Source: Hyphochytrium catenoides (lineage: Eukaryota; Protista; Hyphochytriomycota). From it: 64,000 bases of DNA. This document shows, one piece after another, positions 60,973 to 64,000 of the stretch. The notes beneath the pieces are model-generated. The model saw only the letters and a list, made by a program, of their open reading frames with translations, was not told the DNA's origin and ran no database searches. Each line of letters begins with the position of its first letter. Position 1 is the stretch's first letter. The stretch spans positions 62,001-126,000 of the forward strand of contig FLMG01004374.1 in the NCBI GenBank assembly GCA_900088475.1, given 5' to 3'. Position numbers and translations under genes: made by a program.

Positions 60973-63877
60973 CTAAACCGATCCCTGCTGTAGCATTGCC
61001 GTGGCGACACGGTTAAAGCCCAAAATATTGGCACCTATAGCAGAAAAGGTTATAGAGCGTAAGTAGGAATCAAGACGACGAAAGTACAACTGCTGTGAAA
61101 TAGTGAGGTGAGATGGTTGTGAGGCACGGAGTGGGCGACAATGATAAACGAGGAAAAAGCAAACAAAGCGTTAGATAAGGCTGAGGTGATTACGAGAGAG
61201 AACATATCTGCATAGAGGGAACTAGGGTGTACGCCACTTGCCAAAGCGCAGACTCTCTTTCACCAACCTGCGTAAAGGTCTCCTCTCTTGTTATATTCTT
61301 GAGCTGTTAAAGCAGCGCTGTGGTGGACATCCTGCATCAGCTCTTTCACTCGTTCGTCTAGCTCTTCGTGGCTTCGTCCCATGGAGAGAGGCACATCCTG
61401 CACCGCCAGCTGGCCACAGTTGGCAGCCTTACCCGGACCGAACAGAACACCTCTCTTCTTTAGCACTGCCATAGCCTGTTACCATCAAACAGACAGATAA
61501 TAGTATGTTTGCATGAGCACCCACGCATGTTTCTAAGCAGCTATTGAGGAGGAGAGGGAAAAGAAAGAACACGACTAGAAAACAGCTTGAATAGAGCAAC
61601 GGAGGCGAGCATCAGGTGGTAAGGAATATGATCTGCGTCCAACCTCGGGGGTGGTTGCATTGTAGGCGCCCTCTACTACGGCCTTTACGCCACTGGCACA
61701 CACTTTCTCCGCAATTTTGTCTGTTTATACAAGGGATACGGAGATGATAATGAGACAGAAGATCAAATAAGCGTAAAGTCATGTAGGCACTGCCAAGAGG
61801 AATGACAGAGCACTACACCAGATACCATACATATAACGATAATGGGCGGTCGAAGGGGCAATCACAAGTCCTGAGACGTGGATGCTAATAAAGGCAAGAG
61901 CATGCTGATCAGAAACTACAGCTCAAACATACCTGTTATCTGGTACTGCGAAGCACAGGGGAACAGAAGGTCACAGGGTACTTCCCAGCAAGAAGCTTCC
62001 CCAGTCGGGTGGTACTTGGCAGTAGTAGAGCTCATAATATAAGCGCCCACACGTGCGGCTCGGTCTTTCTTGATTTTCTTTAATGTTCTCAGCTTGTCCT
62101 CATCAAAGCCTACAAGACACAGCGCCACAAATGCAGTTTTATGAAGGTATCACATATCATATATAAGGTGTAAAGTGGTGAGCCCACGCCAACCATGATC
62201 CCAGACTTTATAGACGTTCTAACCTTCTGGTTCATAGATCCAACCCGAAGTGTCACAGAGCGTAAGGACCACAGCGCCTAATTCCTGCAGCTTGTGTGCC
62301 AGGCTAAGGGCAACGTTGCCACTACCAGTGATGACACATCTGCAGGCATCGGAAAGAGGAAAGGGTCGCACCATAGAAAGCGTGACTAGAAGGTTTGGAC
62401 CGCCATGGGGTTAAACGGAGAATTACCTCTTGCCCTCCAGTGACTCTCCTCTTGCGTTGAGCATCTCTTGAGCAAAGTAAGCGACACCAAACCCGGTGGC
62501 CTCTGGGAAGGTGATAACACCGTTCCCAATCATCCCAGACTCGCTCTACCATTGACAGTACGAGAGATTTGCTCAGATAGACTAGCATAGCGCAATTGGT
62601 GTATAGCAACAAGCAGAAGGACGCGTTGGCGTCCAAAGCACTAGATATATCAAACGGAAGCGCGATGAGAGCAAAAAGGAAACGAAAGTGCTACCGTTTA
62701 TGTCAAAATTGCGGCTGTTTGACATAAGCCCTTTGTGAGGTCTTTCGACCAAAGGAGGTGCATCCATAATTCGTCTGCATGGTAGCTGACAGAAGAGAGG
62801 CAGAGTGCGGCCCACCTTTCCATACTTCTGCTTGATACGCTTGTACTGGCCGTACAAGAAGCCAGTCTCCTTCATGCCACACCCCATGTCTGGCGTAGGA
62901 ATGTCTACATTAGGCCCAATGTAGTTCACAAGCTCAGTCATGAAAGACTGGCAGAAACGCTGGATCTCGGCCTCACTCTTCCCAACAGGATTGAAATCGG
63001 CGCCACTAAACGCAACATGAGACGGAACCAGGAGAGGGAGGGCGGAAGGGGGGCGAATCCATGAGAGCGTTGCCAGCAGCTAGGTAAGATAGTAGTAGTA
63101 GGGCACCATAGGGAAAAATCATATCTAAACAGTAGCTGCAACACTTTGGTTTTGATAAAACGAGAGCGAAGTGGGTGAGGTATTGATACTCCGTATACCA
63201 TACCCTGCAGCAGCTCCGATCTCGATGTCTGACGCAATTGCATGCCTGAAGACGTTCTCGAAAGCGATAGACTTTACGGTGCCTAGAGGATGAAGAGGAT
63301 GACAGGTAAATGAGGCAGCACAGTGTCAAAGAGCGTCAGAAATGGTTCGACGGATCTGAAACAGCTATTAAAAGACGCAGAAAACCCTCACCCAGTCCGG
63401 TGCCCTTATAGAAGCGTATGCCGCCCTCATAGAGCCCCAACGCCGAGGAATACTGGACACGATATCCTCTATTCACACGAGCGTTCCCCGTATCGTCTAG
63501 CCACGGGACTCGGAACTGTAGGGTCAAGTTAGGAAGGAAGAGATGGAATGTTCAGGCAACGGATCTATCTACGGGTTTTACCCCGTCTTTCTCTTCTCGC
63601 TCCCCGTTTCTCGCAGATCTCAGCACAGCAATGGAGCCGCTTCATTGACGTCCCCCACTCAAACATCTCTCCCAAATCCTCGCTCGTGATTGGGCCTCTG
63701 CCGCCTTAAGGGAGACGGAGGAGCCTTTGCCCAAGTTCATACATTGCTGGAACTTCTCTGCGCACCTGAATGACTCTCTCAGGCTCCATCAACTGCTTCA
63801 TCACCCAAGCGTAACGTGGGTACCGGTCAAAGACAGGGGCAAGTGAGAGAGTCAACGACTCCATTGCTTGCAGATAT
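60973..63877 (-). CDS. NADP-glutamate dehydrogenase (GdhA-type)-like protein with substituted active-site lysines; 5' part lies beyond the window
   Basis: In-frame spliced exons: YLQAMESL...MEPERVIQ|FRVPWLDDTGNARVNRGYRVQYSSALGLYEGGIRF...|..AFENVFRHAIASDIEIGAAAG|GADFNPVGKSEAEIQRFCQSFMTEL...GQYKRI...|PEATGFGVAYF...|CVITGSGNVA...|..FPCASQ..|EGAYN..|FGPGKAANCG...|GANILGFNRVATAMLQQGSV* (stop 60973-60975). Confidence 0.92.
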
Positions 63878-64000
63878 CTGAGTTTCAAAGCAGCATTAAG
63901 CGCTGCTAATGGCAAATCTAAAGGAGGGGAATATGGGAGATGCTATGCAGATGTGCAGCATACTTCCCGTAAAGGAAAGGACAAGACAGCATCTATAGAT

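Noticed and set aside
60973-63877. GDH pseudogene
   Set aside because: No frameshift or premature stop, canonical splice sites, and structural and cofactor motifs conserved. The losses are concentrated in substrate-site residues.

Overview
This is eukaryotic, intron-rich, gene-dense DNA with short GT-AG introns (many 50-80 nt) and CTAAC/CTGAC-type branch points. Gene content suggests a stramenopile alga or protist (inference). I reconstructed about 16 spliced genes by hand, in order: an unusual VPS13-family lipid-bridge protein (N-terminal transmembrane helix, four EF-hands, C-terminal C2), BCAS3, BROX, a DUF501 protein, a HIG1/Rcf1 protein facing a small membrane protein, a divergent pair of HSF paralogs, a HAD-phosphatase/IGPD (HIS3) fusion, a small repeat protein, an ankyrin-RCC1 (IBTK-like) protein, a membrane-anchored astacin, a Tudor-like/MMS22L-like protein, WDTC1, and a glutamate-dehydrogenase-like gene cut by the window end. 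The strongest lead is the GDH-like gene: its frame and splicing are intact and the Rossmann motif is retained, but all three substrate/catalytic lysines are replaced, so it is a probable pseudoenzyme or regulatory subunit. The second lead is the TM-anchored, EF-hand-bearing VPS13. No rRNA, tRNA, CRISPR or intact mobile element was recognised. All family assignments come from motif recognition, not database searches.
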